Assembly (NCBI GenBank): GCA_964016885.1
Contig: OZ024755.1
Coordinates: 7,006,001-7,070,000, forward strand
DNA length: 64,000 bases
Direction: 5' to 3'
Source of the DNA: Eledone cirrhosa
Taxonomy: Eukaryota
A program made the position numbers and the translations under genes. The notes below the pieces were generated by a model. The model saw only the letters and a program-made list of their open reading frames with translations. It had not been told where the DNA came from and did not search any database. Positions 44,065 through 57,240 of the stretch are shown here, in pieces (position 1 is the stretch's first letter; each line of letters starts with the position of its first letter).

Positions 44065-44506
44065 GTCATCGTCATCATCATCCTCATTGTTTAACGTCTA
44101 ACTTCCTTGCTTGCATAGGTTGGACGGGCTGTCACATTATGAGACAAGTCAGCTCAAGTATGTTTGGGGTTTGGTTTCTATAGCAGGATACCCTTCCTAA
44201 CGCCAACCACGTTACAGTGTGGACTGTGTGGTTGCAGTGTTCATGCCTTTCCCGAGAGAACAGTAATGTACTTGTTAGTGAAAGAAATTTCGAAACATTC
44301 CCAAAGCAAACTCGTCTTGTCGTTAGGTCACCTATATCTTGATTTATGACGAGTGTTCATAAGTGGGGAACGTGACTAAAACACACACACAGATAATATA
44401 AGGAAATACACACACACACATACACACACATACATACATACATACATACATGCATACATACATACATACATACATACATACATACATACATACATACATA
44501 CATACA

Positions 44507-44537
<31 letters not shown>

Positions 44538-44541
44538 GTAT

Positions 44542-44607
<66 letters not shown>

Positions 44608-44608
44608 G

Positions 44609-44679
44609 CAGGGTGTCCCTAAAGATGTATAGACACTTCAGCATTCTAATAAATATGTGTAAACATCTTTGGGGACACC

Positions 44680-44682
<3 letters not shown>
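44609..44682. mobile_element. Tc1/mariner-type MITE, 74 bp
   Basis: Terminal inverted repeats CAGGGTGTCCC...GGGACACCCTG followed by TA. Relatives lie at 30239-30330, 46707-46768 and 48637-48730. Confidence 0.8.
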
Positions 44683-44716
<34 letters not shown>

Positions 44717-44819
44717 GTCCTGTCCAGGGGGGAATCTTGTACTCTCAGTAGCTTCACGCCATGAAACCGGGATAAGCACCGGCCAAATGAGCCTTCAGGC
44801 TTAAGACAGACTTTAGACT

Positions 44820-45060
<241 letters not shown>

Positions 45061-45544
45061 GTATATATATGTGTATATATATGTATATACTGTATATATA
45101 TGTATGTAAGTATGTATGATCGTTTATCTAAGCTTCTGTTATTATCACTCGTTAATTTAGTTAAAATGTTATGAGAGGACTACAGTCGTGTTTCTATTAA
45201 GTGAGAACAAATGCATTCTCAACATAGCAAGATATGAATTCTATTAATTTGTTGGTTACTAATAACACTGCTGGTAATTAGGTTATGTATGTAGGGTTAG
45301 TGCTCTATTAACCTGGGGGCGTCGTTAATAAACTGAATACGTTAGCGTTAATTTACGTCACCGAAGATCTCATCAACTATAACTGAATAAATCATCTGAT
45401 ATATAAGTATAACGGTATATCTTGTATCAAGGATCGTCAAAGATTTTAAACCAGATCTTCTCAAAGTGGGTGCTGCCTCCGGTGGGGCATTGAGAAGGTC
45501 CAAGGGTTGCTGGAGCCTAAGGGGGCAGTGGGGTGATAGAGATG

Positions 45545-45594
<50 letters not shown>

Positions 45595-45597
<3 letters not shown>

Positions 45598-46130
45598 ATA
45601 ATAATAAATTTGAAGACTAAAATCCAAAGAGGGCTCGATAAGGATAAATATATATCAAATATATAAGAACCCTAGAGCAAATATTTATTAAAATAACAGA
45701 TTAAAGTTTAAGCAAAGAATTGCTGCTTTCACCCTTAACGGGATTTTCTGAAACTAAAAAATCAATCTGTGAACGCAGAAGTAAATATTTCGAAAAACGT
45801 TGTAACCGAAGGAAAACAGGAAGACGATACTTTGACGGACCCAGCATATTTATCAATGCCAGGACAGGTTGTATCTCAGCGTACTCAATAGGTAATGTAG
45901 AATACATTCCCAGAGTATACACATAGTTATTCGCTTCAATACAACACACGTAAACGGGTGCCTATAATAGTTCCCGGACTCGAGTTTAAGTACAGTAAAG
46001 TGATTAGCAACTGGAATCTGATACAACTCTGTCCCCCGATCGGCCACCGATTTACAAATTTACGTGGTGGCGGGAGATTAGAAAACAAATATTTTCGCTC
46101 CCGTCAAAAGCATTCAGCCAACGTGTCTCA
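45595..46130 (-). mobile_element. Degraded Penelope-like element 3' end (family Y)
   Basis: The minus-strand peptides PVANHFT and LSTL...PGID weakly resemble a Penelope GIY-YIG C-terminus. They are followed by a hammerhead-like cagaaaa-tcccgttaagggt-GAAA and by (TA)n. Related copies lie at 47790-47960, 49790-50018 and 18360-18420. Confidence 0.45.
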
Positions 46131-46328
46131 AACACATATTAATAAGATAGTGAAAGTAAGATGGAGAAGTAGAGGGAGAAGGGGGAGAGAAAGAGGATAG
46201 CAGCAAGGGAAGAGAAAAAAGACAGGTATCAGCAGACTGGAAACTGTTAAATGTTTGGCCGCCCTCTCGTCTCTCGGCCTTTTCAGCCCCATGGATTGTG
46301 TCTATAATATTCCTTTGTTAAATTTCGA

Positions 46329-46388
46329 ATACCTGATGATATCACCGGATTCATACTGAACCCGATCATTGTGAAATGTTCATAGTAT
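46329..46388 (+). ncRNA. Type-I hammerhead ribozyme motif
   Basis: atac CTGATGA tatcaccggattcatactgaacccgatcattgt GAAA tgttca TA gtat. Confidence 0.7.
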
Positions 46389-46575
46389 AATAAACCTTTA
46401 AGGAATTACACCAGTCCAGCCTCCTGTTATTTTATAATAATTAACTCCGTACTCGCATAATCAACAACACAAACGAAGTCGGGTGAGTTGCATTACGTCG
46501 AGTGCTCTCCCTAATATTACATCACGGTTGACTATACGGAATGACCAGTTCTATCCAGTGGCGAACCAACAAACC

Positions 46576-46690
<115 letters not shown>

Positions 46691-46809
46691 TTTATATACA
46701 TATATACAGGGTGTTCCCCAAAGTATGTATACACATTTCAACTGCATTCTAATCAAAGTATGTATACATACATATATATATATATATGTATATATATAAT
46801 TTCATTATC

Positions 46810-46942
<133 letters not shown>

Positions 46943-47100
46943 GAGAGGGAGAGAGAAATTATTTTAACTACTCAATAAACGTGTCCAACATTCTGGCAAC
47001 AGAAGGAGAAATTCAGTTAAACATGTGCACTAACACGTGTAGACACACATGTTTGAGCTTCAGCTTGTTTATATTTAAATATTTCATTGCTTATATATAC

Positions 47101-47148
<48 letters not shown>

Positions 47149-47241
47149 ATATATATTACTTTATGAATTTGTCGACACGTGTGAAGTTTGAGAGGCTCGT
47201 GTTTATCCCTCGGGCATATATTGCATGTGTACAGACACGTT

Positions 47242-47348
<107 letters not shown>

Positions 47349-47475
47349 CCCTCCATCTTAACTCTACTTTTGAAAAGCAGAAGAACAGCGAAAACGGTAA
47401 AGGAACCCAATTAATATATATATATATTTTTTTAAATAAGACTCCAGTTGCATTTTCGATTTCATCTTTTTTCCT

Positions 47476-47506
<31 letters not shown>

Positions 47507-47701
47507 TATATTTTTATTTTATATATATATTATATTATATTATATATATATTATACTATATATATATATACATTATACTATATATATATACATTATACTA
47601 TATATATATATTACACTATATATATATATATATTATACTATATATATATATATTATACTATATATATATATATTATACTATATATATATACATATATATG
47701 A

Positions 47702-47796
<95 letters not shown>

Positions 47797-48514
47797 TAAC
47801 AGATTAAAGTTTAAGCAAAGAATCGCTGCTTTCACCCTTAACGGGATCTTCTGAAACTAACAAAGTCAATCTGTGAACGCAGAAGTGAATATTTCAAAAA
47901 ACGTTGCAACCGGAGGAAGACAGGAAGACGATACTTTGGTTCGTAGAAACGTTCCCTGGCAAACTTATATATATTATATTATATTATATTATATTATATT
48001 ATATTATATTATATTATATATATATTATATTATATTATATTATATTATATTATATTATATTATATTATATTATATTATATTATATTATATTATATTATAT
48101 TATATTATATTATATTATATTATATTATATTATATTATATTATATTATATTATATTATACTATTGGCAGTATCGGTAGCGAGTCGGTAGCTTTGCAGCAT
48201 AGAGTTACGGCCCTTTATTATCTGAATTCAAATCCCGCCGAGGTTAACTTTGCCTTTCATCCTTACGGGGTCGATAAAATAAAGTACCAGTAATGCACTG
48301 GGATAATTGCTGGCCTTGTGCCAAAAGTAAAAACAATTATATTATATTATATATATATTATATTATAAATATATATATATATATATATTATATCATATAT
48401 ATATATATTTGTGTGTGTGTGTTTAAAAATATGTATGTGTATTCATTTATTTATGTATCTATACTTAAGCTGCCACATATACCGAAAGTTAAGATATTGG
48501 TTACATAGCATGGC

Positions 48515-48575
<61 letters not shown>

Positions 48576-48744
48576 TCTCAATTGCATTCTCTCACTCTCT
48601 CTCTATTCTTCTCTCGAATATATTTTATATATATACACAGAGTGTCTAAATACACACTTCAGCAGCATTCTTATAAGTATTGCCTGTACAGGTAATCAAA
48701 GTGTGTATACATATTTCGGGCCACCCTGTACTTATATATCTTAT

Positions 48745-48975
48745 AGTCTAAAGTCAGAATGCTCATTTGGCCGGTGCTTATCCCGGTTTAGGGGCGTGAA
48801 GCGACTGAGAGTAAAAGACTCTCCCTTGGACAGGACGCCAGTACATCGCAGGGTTAAAACCCCCAGCTATTGCTGGTACTAATTTTCAGTTGAGTGTACT
48901 GGGGCAAGCAACGTGAAATGAAGTGTTTTGCTCAAGAACACAACACGGAACCCAGGAATCGAACCCACGACATTA
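48745..48975 (-). mobile_element. SINE family 2
   Basis: Uninterrupted version of 17730-18200. Related heads or cores lie at 3805-3930, 4760-4935, 33040-33370, 49505-49620, 57770-57965 and 62310-62560. Confidence 0.8.
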
Positions 48976-49735
48976 TGTATGTATGTATGTATATTGTTAT
49001 GTATATCTTTACAACATCTTACAGTGAGAAATAAAGTTTTTCTACGACGAAAATAAATAACTGCGATCTTTTTGATAACTGAGGTGATGATGCGATGTTT
49101 GCTGAGAAATTAGTTGTTTCTGGATTCCTATAGAAAGGCAGGATTCTCCGACAAACTATTGATGATCATAAATTCAAAAATTATCTTGTCAATGTCTGCA
49201 GAATTATCACCCAAAATTAACAAAGCACTAAATTCTTTAGTAATGAATAGAACGTTATCGTTTCGCAAACATCGTAAAGCCATATAATGTATTTCCAGTT
49301 AACCAAGTTAACTACGTACTTATTAATTGGAGGGTCGTAAATCTTAGCACATCTCTCTTGCTCTGCTAGATCGTTAAGATCCTAGACCTCATTCGCATGC
49401 CGAATGAATGGGGTGGACATCGTCAAATTGGACCAAGGAAACAATGTTTTCATTGGTCTTTCCATTATTGATACTATCTACCGGTCGCAACTCCTGGAAG
49501 AAGGAGCAATGTCAAATAAAGTGTCTTGCTCAAGGAGACCCAACGCATCACCCGGGCCGAGAATTGAACTCGCAACCTCTCGATTGCGAATTCAACTCTC
49601 TAATCACTAAGCCACATGCCTTCTCATAATTTGTACCAAATGTAACACTTCAGCAGTATATAGACTTATGTATACACATTCAGCTGTATGTAGAATCGCA
49701 TATACACATTCAGTTGCATATACACCCCCCCCCCC

Positions 49736-49781
<46 letters not shown>

Positions 49782-49789
49782 GTATATAG

Positions 49790-50015
49790 TAATAATAATA
49801 AATTTGAAGACTAAAATCCAAAGAGGGCTCGATAAGGATAAATATATATCAAATATATAAGAACCGTAGAGCAAATATTTATTAAAATAACAGATTAAAG
49901 TTTAAGCAAAGAATCGCTGCTTTCACCCTTAACGGGATCTTCTGAAACTCAGAAGATCCCGTTAAGGGTGAAAGCAGCGATTCTTTGCTTAAACTTTAAT
50001 CTGTTATTTTAATAA

Positions 50016-50018
<3 letters not shown>
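49790..50018. repeat. Family Y fold-back with a ~70-bp perfect stem
   Basis: 49875-49944 is the reverse complement of 49949-50018, with (TA)n on both sides. Confidence 0.9.
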
Positions 50019-50107
<89 letters not shown>

Positions 50108-50138
50108 GAATATATATATATATATACAGAGAGAGAGA

Positions 50139-50206
<68 letters not shown>

Positions 50207-50502
50207 CTCCCATATACATTCAGCTATATATACACTCCCATATACACATTAAGACGAGGAAGAGAGTGTAGCATATGGTGGTGGTCGTGGTGGGAGTGTA
50301 TTCACGTTTTGAAACAGACATTACCAAATACAACAGCTTTAACACGTGTTTGACATGCAAGTCTATCCTGAATCTCTGCTGATCTCCAAAAGTAAAGAAA
50401 ATAAAAGGAAAAAATTGATTGGCACCCACAGAAATATGTTAATCAGTTTATTAGAGATAATAATTATAATAATTAAGATATATCTACAGATATTAAGTCA
50501 TT

Positions 50503-50692
50503 GTGGACTGGCTAGGTTGACAGGTTGCCATGTGGCAAGTGGGTCCCCGGGGGACCCACCGTAATATTTCAGATCCAATGTTTTGCGTTAAAAAAAATAT
50601 CTGAGGTCTAAGATGTAGAACACAAATTTTAAAAAAAACAAAATAAATAATACAATTTTACCATCGGGCAACCTGGCAACCTAGCCAACACG
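50503..50692. mobile_element. MITE-like element with ~35-bp imperfect terminal inverted repeats
   Basis: tggctaggttgacaggttgcc pairs with ggcaacctggcaacctagcca. Confidence 0.55.
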
Positions 50693-50721
50693 TAATTATG
50701 TATATATATATATATATATGT

Positions 50722-50786
<65 letters not shown>

Positions 50787-50799
50787 TATATATATACTT

Positions 50800-50858
<59 letters not shown>

Positions 50859-51017
50859 CATATATATGCATATACATACATACATATATATACATACATA
50901 CATATATATGCATATATATACATACATACATATATACACATACAAACATGCATACATATATATATACATATACATACATACATACATATACATATACATA
51001 CATATACATACATATAC

Positions 51018-51051
<34 letters not shown>

Positions 51052-51152
51052 ACATATACATACATATATATATATATATACATATACATACATGCATACA
51101 TACATACATATACATACATACATATGCATACATACATATGCATACATACATA

Positions 51153-51241
<89 letters not shown>

Positions 51242-51242
51242 T

Positions 51243-52000
51243 TTAGTCAAATTTTATTTCTTAGGAAAAACAGGAATTCTGGTCGTCGCAACCGACGGAG
51301 TACCACTGCTCTCTTTTATATATATATAACGTGTATGTATGTGTGTGTGAGTTAAGTAATTATATTTATATACAGAGAGAGAGAGATACATATAAATATA
51401 TAAAAACTTCCCATGCTGAAACTTTTTTGCACCCATTTTTGCGATTAAGTAAAAACGGAGTTATCGTTCTTGAGATTTCGGCTTGGAGAAATTTAAGGAA
51501 CTGATGTCGCTAAATCGTCAAATCATGTACCTGCCCCGTTGCATCATGGGAGGGGTAATGGCTGAATTTTATTTTTTTAACGACCGTGATTTTTTTAAAT
51601 TCTTTCTCGCCAACTTGTTTTAATTATTTACTTATATAAAGCGAGAAACAAGTTGGCGAGAAAAAAATCAAAAAAAAATCTACCGTCGTTAAAAAAATAA
51701 AATTCAGCCATTACCCCTCCCATGATGCAACGGGGCAGGTAAATGATTTGACGATTTAGCGACATCAGTTCCTTAAATTTCTCCAAGTCGAAATCTCAAG
51801 AACGATAACTCCGTTTTTACTTAATCGCAAAAATGGGTGCAAAAAAGTTTCAGCAGGGGAAGTTTTTATATATTTATATGTATCTCTAACTCACACACAC
51901 ATACATACACATTATATATATATAAAAGAGAGCAGTGGTACTCCGTCGGTTGCGACGACCAGAATTCCTGTTTTTCCTAAGAAATAAAATTTGACTAATA
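51243..52000. repeat. Long inverted repeat (arms about 350-380 bp, few mismatches) between (TA)n tracts
   Basis: 51243-51620 is the reverse complement of 51645-52000. Confidence 0.9.
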
Positions 52001-52009
52001 TATATATAT

Positions 52010-55000
52010 GGTGGTGGTGGTGGTGGTGGTGGTGGTGTGTGTAGTGGTGGTGGTGGTGGTGATGTGGTTGGTTGTGACGGAGTGGGGGTGATGGGGGGTT
52101 GGGGGTTATTTGGGGGGGTAGTGGTGGTGGTGTGTGTGTAGTGGTAGTGTGGTAGTGGTGGTGGTGGTTGGGGTGGTAGTGGTGGTGGTGGTGGTTGAAG
52201 TGGTAGTGGTGGTGGTGGTCGTTGGGGTGGTGGTGTTGGTGGAGGTGGTTGAGGTGGTAGTAGTGGTGGTGGTGGTTTGGGTGGTAGTGGTGGTGATGGT
52301 TGGGGTGGTAGTGGTGGTGGTGGTCGTTGGGGTGGTGGTGGTGGTGGTGGTGGTTGGGGGGAGGGCTTGCTCTACCTTATCTGGTGATCACGTGGCTTGC
52401 TTTCATTCTGTCCGGTGGTGGTGGTGGTGGTGGTGGTGGTGGTGGTGGTGGTGGTAGTGGTGGTGGTAGTAGTGGTGGTGATGGTGTTGGTGGTGGTGGT
52501 GATGGTGTTGGTGGTGGTGGTGGTGTTGGTGGTGGTGGTGGTGGTGGTGGTGGTGGTGGTGGTGATGGTGTTGGTGGTGGTGGTGGTGGTGGTGGTGGTG
52601 GTGATGGTGTTGGTGGTGGTGGTGGTGTTGGTGGTGGTGGTGGTGGTGGTGGTGGTGTTGGTGGTGGTGGTGGTGTTGGTGGTGGTGGTGGTGGTGGTGG
52701 TGGTGTTGGTGGTGGTGGTGGTGGTGGTGGTGATGGTGGTGGTGGTAGTGGTGGTGGTAGTGGTGGTGGTGATGGTGTTGGTGGTGGTGGTGATGTTGGT
52801 GGTGGTGGTGGTGGTGGTGGTGGTGGTGGTGGTGGTGTTGGTGGTGGTGGTAGTGGTGGTGGTGATGGTGATGGTGGTGGTGGTGGTGGTAGTGGTGGTG
52901 GTAATAGTGGTGGTGATGGTGTTGGTGGTGGTGGTGGTGGTGGTGGTGTTGGTGGTGGTGGTGGTGGTAGTAGTGGTGGTGATGGTGTTGGTGGTGGTGG
53001 TGGTAGTAGTAGTGGTGGTGCTGGTGGTAGTAGTAGTGGTGGTAGTAGTAGTGGTGGTGGTGGTGTGGTAATGGTGGTGGTGGAGTGGTGGTAGTAGTGG
53101 TGGTGGTGGTGGTAGTAGTGGTGATGGTAGTAGTAGTGTTGGTGGTGGGGGTGTGGATGGGCGTCGGGTGGGGGTGGGGTGGTGGTAGTAGTGGTGGTGG
53201 TGGTAGTAGTAGTGGTGGTGGTGGTGGTGGTGGTGGTGGTGTAGTAATGGTGGTGGTGGTGGTGGTGGTGGTAGTGGTGGTGGTAGTAGTGGTGGTGATG
53301 GTGTTGGTGGTGGTGGTGGTGGTGGTGGTGGTGGTGGTGGTGGTGGTGGTGGTGGTGGTGATGGTGTTGGTGGTGGTGGTGGTGTTGGTGGTGGTGGTGG
53401 TGGTGGTGTTGTTGGTGGTGGTGGTGGTGGTGGTGGTGGTGATGGTGTTGGTGGTGGTGGTGGTGGTAGTGGTGGTGGTAGTAGTGGTGGTGATGGTGTT
53501 GGTGGTGGTGGTGGTGGTGGTGGTGGTGATGGTGTTGGTGGTGGTGGTGGTGTTGGTGGTGGTGGTGGTGGTGGTAGTAGTGGTGGTGATGGTGTTGGTG
53601 GTGGTGGTGGTGGTGTTGGTGGTGGTGGTGGTGGTGGTGGTGGTGGTGATGGTGATGGTGGTGGTGGTGGTGGTGGTAGTAGTGATGGTGGTGGAGTGGT
53701 GGTAGTAGTGGTGGTGGTGGTGGTAGTAGTGTTGGTGGTGAAGTGGTGCTGGTGGTGGTGGTGGTGGTGGTGGTGGTGGTGGTGGTGGTGGTGGTGGTGG
53801 TGGTGGTGGCGGTGGTGGTGGTAGTGGTGGCGGTAGTGGTGGTGGTGGTGTAGTAATGGTGGTGGTGGTGGAGGTTGTAGTAGTGGTGGTGGTGGTGGGG
53901 GTGGGGGTGGTAGTGGGGGTGGGGGTGGTAGTGGTAGTGGTGATGGTGGAGTGGTGGTAGTAGTAGTGGTGGTGGTGGCGGTGGTGCTGGAGGTTGCAGT
54001 AGTGGTGGAGGTGGTAGTGGTGGTGGTGGTGGTGGTGGTGGTGGTGGTGGTGGTGGTGGTGGTAGTAGTACTGGTGGTTCTGGTGGTGGTGGTGGTGGTG
54101 GTAGTAGTGGTGGTGGTGGTGGTGGTGGTGGTGGTGGTGGTGGTGGTAGTGGTAGTAGTGGTGGTGGTGGTGGTGGTGGTGGTAGTGGTGATGGTGGACT
54201 GGGGGTAGTATCTGTGGTGGTGGCGGTGGTGGAGGTTGTAGTAGTGGTGGTGGTGGTGGTAGTAGTGGTGGTGGTGGTGGTGGTGGTGGTGGTGGTGGAG
54301 GTGGTGTAGTGGTGGTGGTGGTGGTGCTGGTGGTGGTGGTGGTGGTGGTGGCGGTGGTGGTGGTAGTAGTGGTGGTGGTAGTGGTATTAGTGGTGGTGTT
54401 GGTGGTGGTGGTAGTAGTGGTGGTGGTGGTGGTGGTGGAGGTGGTAGTGGTGGTGGTGGTGGTGGTGGTGGTGGTGGTGGTGGTGGTAATGGTGGTGGTA
54501 TTAGTGGTGGTGTTGGTGGTGGTGGTGGTGGTGGTGGTGGTGGTGGTAGTGGCGGTGGTGGTGGTGGTGGTAGTAGTGATGGTGGTGGAGTGGTGGTAGT
54601 AGTGGTGGTGGTGGTGGTATTAGTGTTGGTGGTGAAGTGGTGGTAGTAGTGGTGGTGGTGGTTGTGGTGGTGGTAGTGGTGGTGGTGGTGGTGGTGGTGG
54701 TGGTGGTGGTGGTGGTGGTGGTGGTGGTGGTGGTGGTGGTGGTAGTGGTGGTGGTGGTGGTTGTGGTGGTGGTAGTGGTGGTGGTGGTGGTGGTGGTGGT
54801 GGTGGTGGTGGTGGTGGTGGTGGTGGTAGTGGTGGTGGTGGTGGTGGTGGTGGTGGTGGTGGTGGTGGTGGTGGTGGTGGTGGTGGTGGTGGTAGTGGTG
54901 GTGGTGGTGGTTGTGGTGGTGGTAGTGGTGGTGGTGGTGGTGGTGGTGGTGGTGGTGGTGGTGGTGGTGGTGGTGGTGGTGGTAGTGGTGGTGGTGGTGG

Positions 55001-55715
55001 TGGTGGTGGTAGTGGTGGTGTTGGAGGTGGTAGTAGTGGTGGTGGTGCTGCTGGTGGTGGAGGTTGTAGTAGTGGTGGTGGTGGTAGTAGGGGTGGTGCT
55101 GGTGGTGGTGCTGGTGGTGGAGGTGGTAGTAGTGGTGGTGGTGGTAGTAGTGGTGGTGGTAGTGGTGGAGGTGGTAGTAGTGGTGGTGCTGGTGGTAGAG
55201 GTAGTAGTAGTGGTGGTGGTGGTAGTAGTAGTGGTGGTGGTGGTGGAGGTGGTAGTAGTGGTGATGGTGGTGCTGGCGGTGGAGGTGGTAGTAGTGGTGG
55301 TGGTGGTAGTAGTGGTGGTGGTGGTAGTAGTGGTGGTGGTGGTGGTGGAGGTGGTAGTAGTGGTGGTGGTGATGGAGGTGGTAGTAGTGGTGGTGGTGGT
55401 GCTGCTGGAGGTGAAGGTGGTAGTAGTGGTGGTGGTAGTATTAGTGGTGGTGGAGGTGGTAGTAGTGGTGGTGCTGGTGGTGGAGGTGTTATAGTGGTGG
55501 TGGTGGTAGTAGTGGTGGTGTTGGTGGTGGAGGTTGTGGTATTGGTGGTGTTGATGGTGGAGGTGGTGGTAGTAGTGGTGGTGGTGGTGGTGGTAGTGGA
55601 GATGGTTTGGGAGATGGTGTTGGTGGTGGTGGTGGCAGCGGTGATGGTCATGGTATTGATGGTAATGTTAGTAGTGGTAGTGGTGATGGTGATGGTGATA
55701 GTATGGTGGTGGTTG
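52010..55715. repeat. Imperfect (GGT)n microsatellite, about 3.7 kb
   Basis: Direct inspection; it gives rise to the poly-V, poly-G and poly-P pseudo-ORFs. Confidence 0.98.
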
Positions 55716-55763
55716 AGAAAAAGTGAGAGAGTGAGAGCGTGTGTGTGTGTGTGTGTGTGCGTG

Positions 55764-55842
<79 letters not shown>

Positions 55843-55982
55843 TATGGACGAAGAAAGACGATAGAAAGAAAAAAAGGACACATTTTCCACAAATTATTTT
55901 TCCAAGAAAGAAAATACGAAACCTTTAAAAAGGGATTCAAAATAAGTTAATAATAATAATCATAATAATAATAATAATAATA

Positions 55983-56015
<33 letters not shown>

Positions 56016-56186
56016 ACTAGTATATAGATATTGTATTTACTAAACCGTACATCCGTTGAAATAGTTCCAACTCTTTAACTAGGCGAAAATATCTTGGATT
56101 GTGAAGATAAAGCAACTCAAGAAACACTTTGGTAGAGCGTCAGACACCATGCTTTGCAGCATAGAGTTACGGCCCTTTACGGTCTG

Positions 56187-56730
56187 GAAGTATAGCTGTT
56201 CCAATATAGACATAACTCTTTCGTTACCATATTATATATGTTGTCTGAATTTAATTCTGGACAGACATAACTCTTTCGTTACCATATTATATATGTTGTC
56301 TGAATTTAATTCTGGACAGACATAACCCTTTCGTTACCATATATATATGTTGTCTGAATTTAATTGTGGACAGACATAACCCTTTCGTTACCATATTATA
56401 TATGTTGTCTGAATTTAATTCTGGACAGACATAACTCTTTCGTTACCATATATATATGTTGTCTGAATTTAATTCTGGACAGACATAACCCTTTCGTTAC
56501 CATATTATATATGTTGTCTGAATTTAATTCTGGACAGACATAACTCTTTCGTTACCATATTATATATGTTGTCTGAATTTAATTCTGGACAGACATAACC
56601 CTTTCGTTACCATATATATATGTTGTATGAATTTAATTCTGGACAGACATAACCCTTTCGTTACCATATTATATATGTTGTCTGAATTTAATTGTGGACA
56701 GACATAACTCTTTCGTTACCATATTATATA
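56187..56730 (+). repeat. 55-56-bp minisatellite, about 9.5 copies, fused to the 5' half of a SINE
   Basis: Unit gacagacataactctttcgttaccatattatatatgttgtctgaatttaattctg. Confidence 0.95.
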
Positions 56731-56767
56731 TACATACATACACACATACACACACACATACATACAT

Positions 56768-56970
56768 ACAAAAGTATGACTGAACTTGGATTTGCGGACA
56801 AAAAGCGCTCCCTAATTCATAGTCTGCAAATGGCTGCGATAGCTGGCACCTTCAAAATTTGCAAAACATTCTTGCGATTCAAGGGATGACAATTTCTTTT
56901 CTTTTACAACCTTGCCACCAGGAAGGTGGCCGGTCAAAAGAATATACTCGAAATTAAGAGAAAGAGAAAA
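56768..56970 (+). mobile_element. 3' tip of an R2/R4/NeSL-type (RLE) retrotransposon within (CATA)n
   Basis: KSMTELGF...SLQMAAIAGTFKICKTFLRFKG-stop resembles the C-terminal LQxAAxxGTxKIxxxxL helix of RLE elements. A short 3' UTR follows and CA/CATA repeats flank both sides. Confidence 0.55.
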
Positions 56971-57195
56971 CATACATACATACATACACACATACATACA
57001 TACATACATACATATATACATACATACATACACACATACACACACACACATACATACATACATATATACATACATACACACACACATACACACACACATA
57101 CATACATACATACATACATACATACATACATACACACATACACACATACACACACACATACATACACACACACATACACACATACATACATACAT

Positions 57196-57240
<45 letters not shown>

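Noticed and set aside
49020-49500. Complex AT-rich segment, possibly an extra exon or RT remnant
   Set aside because: The frames examined contain stops and no motif could be identified with confidence.
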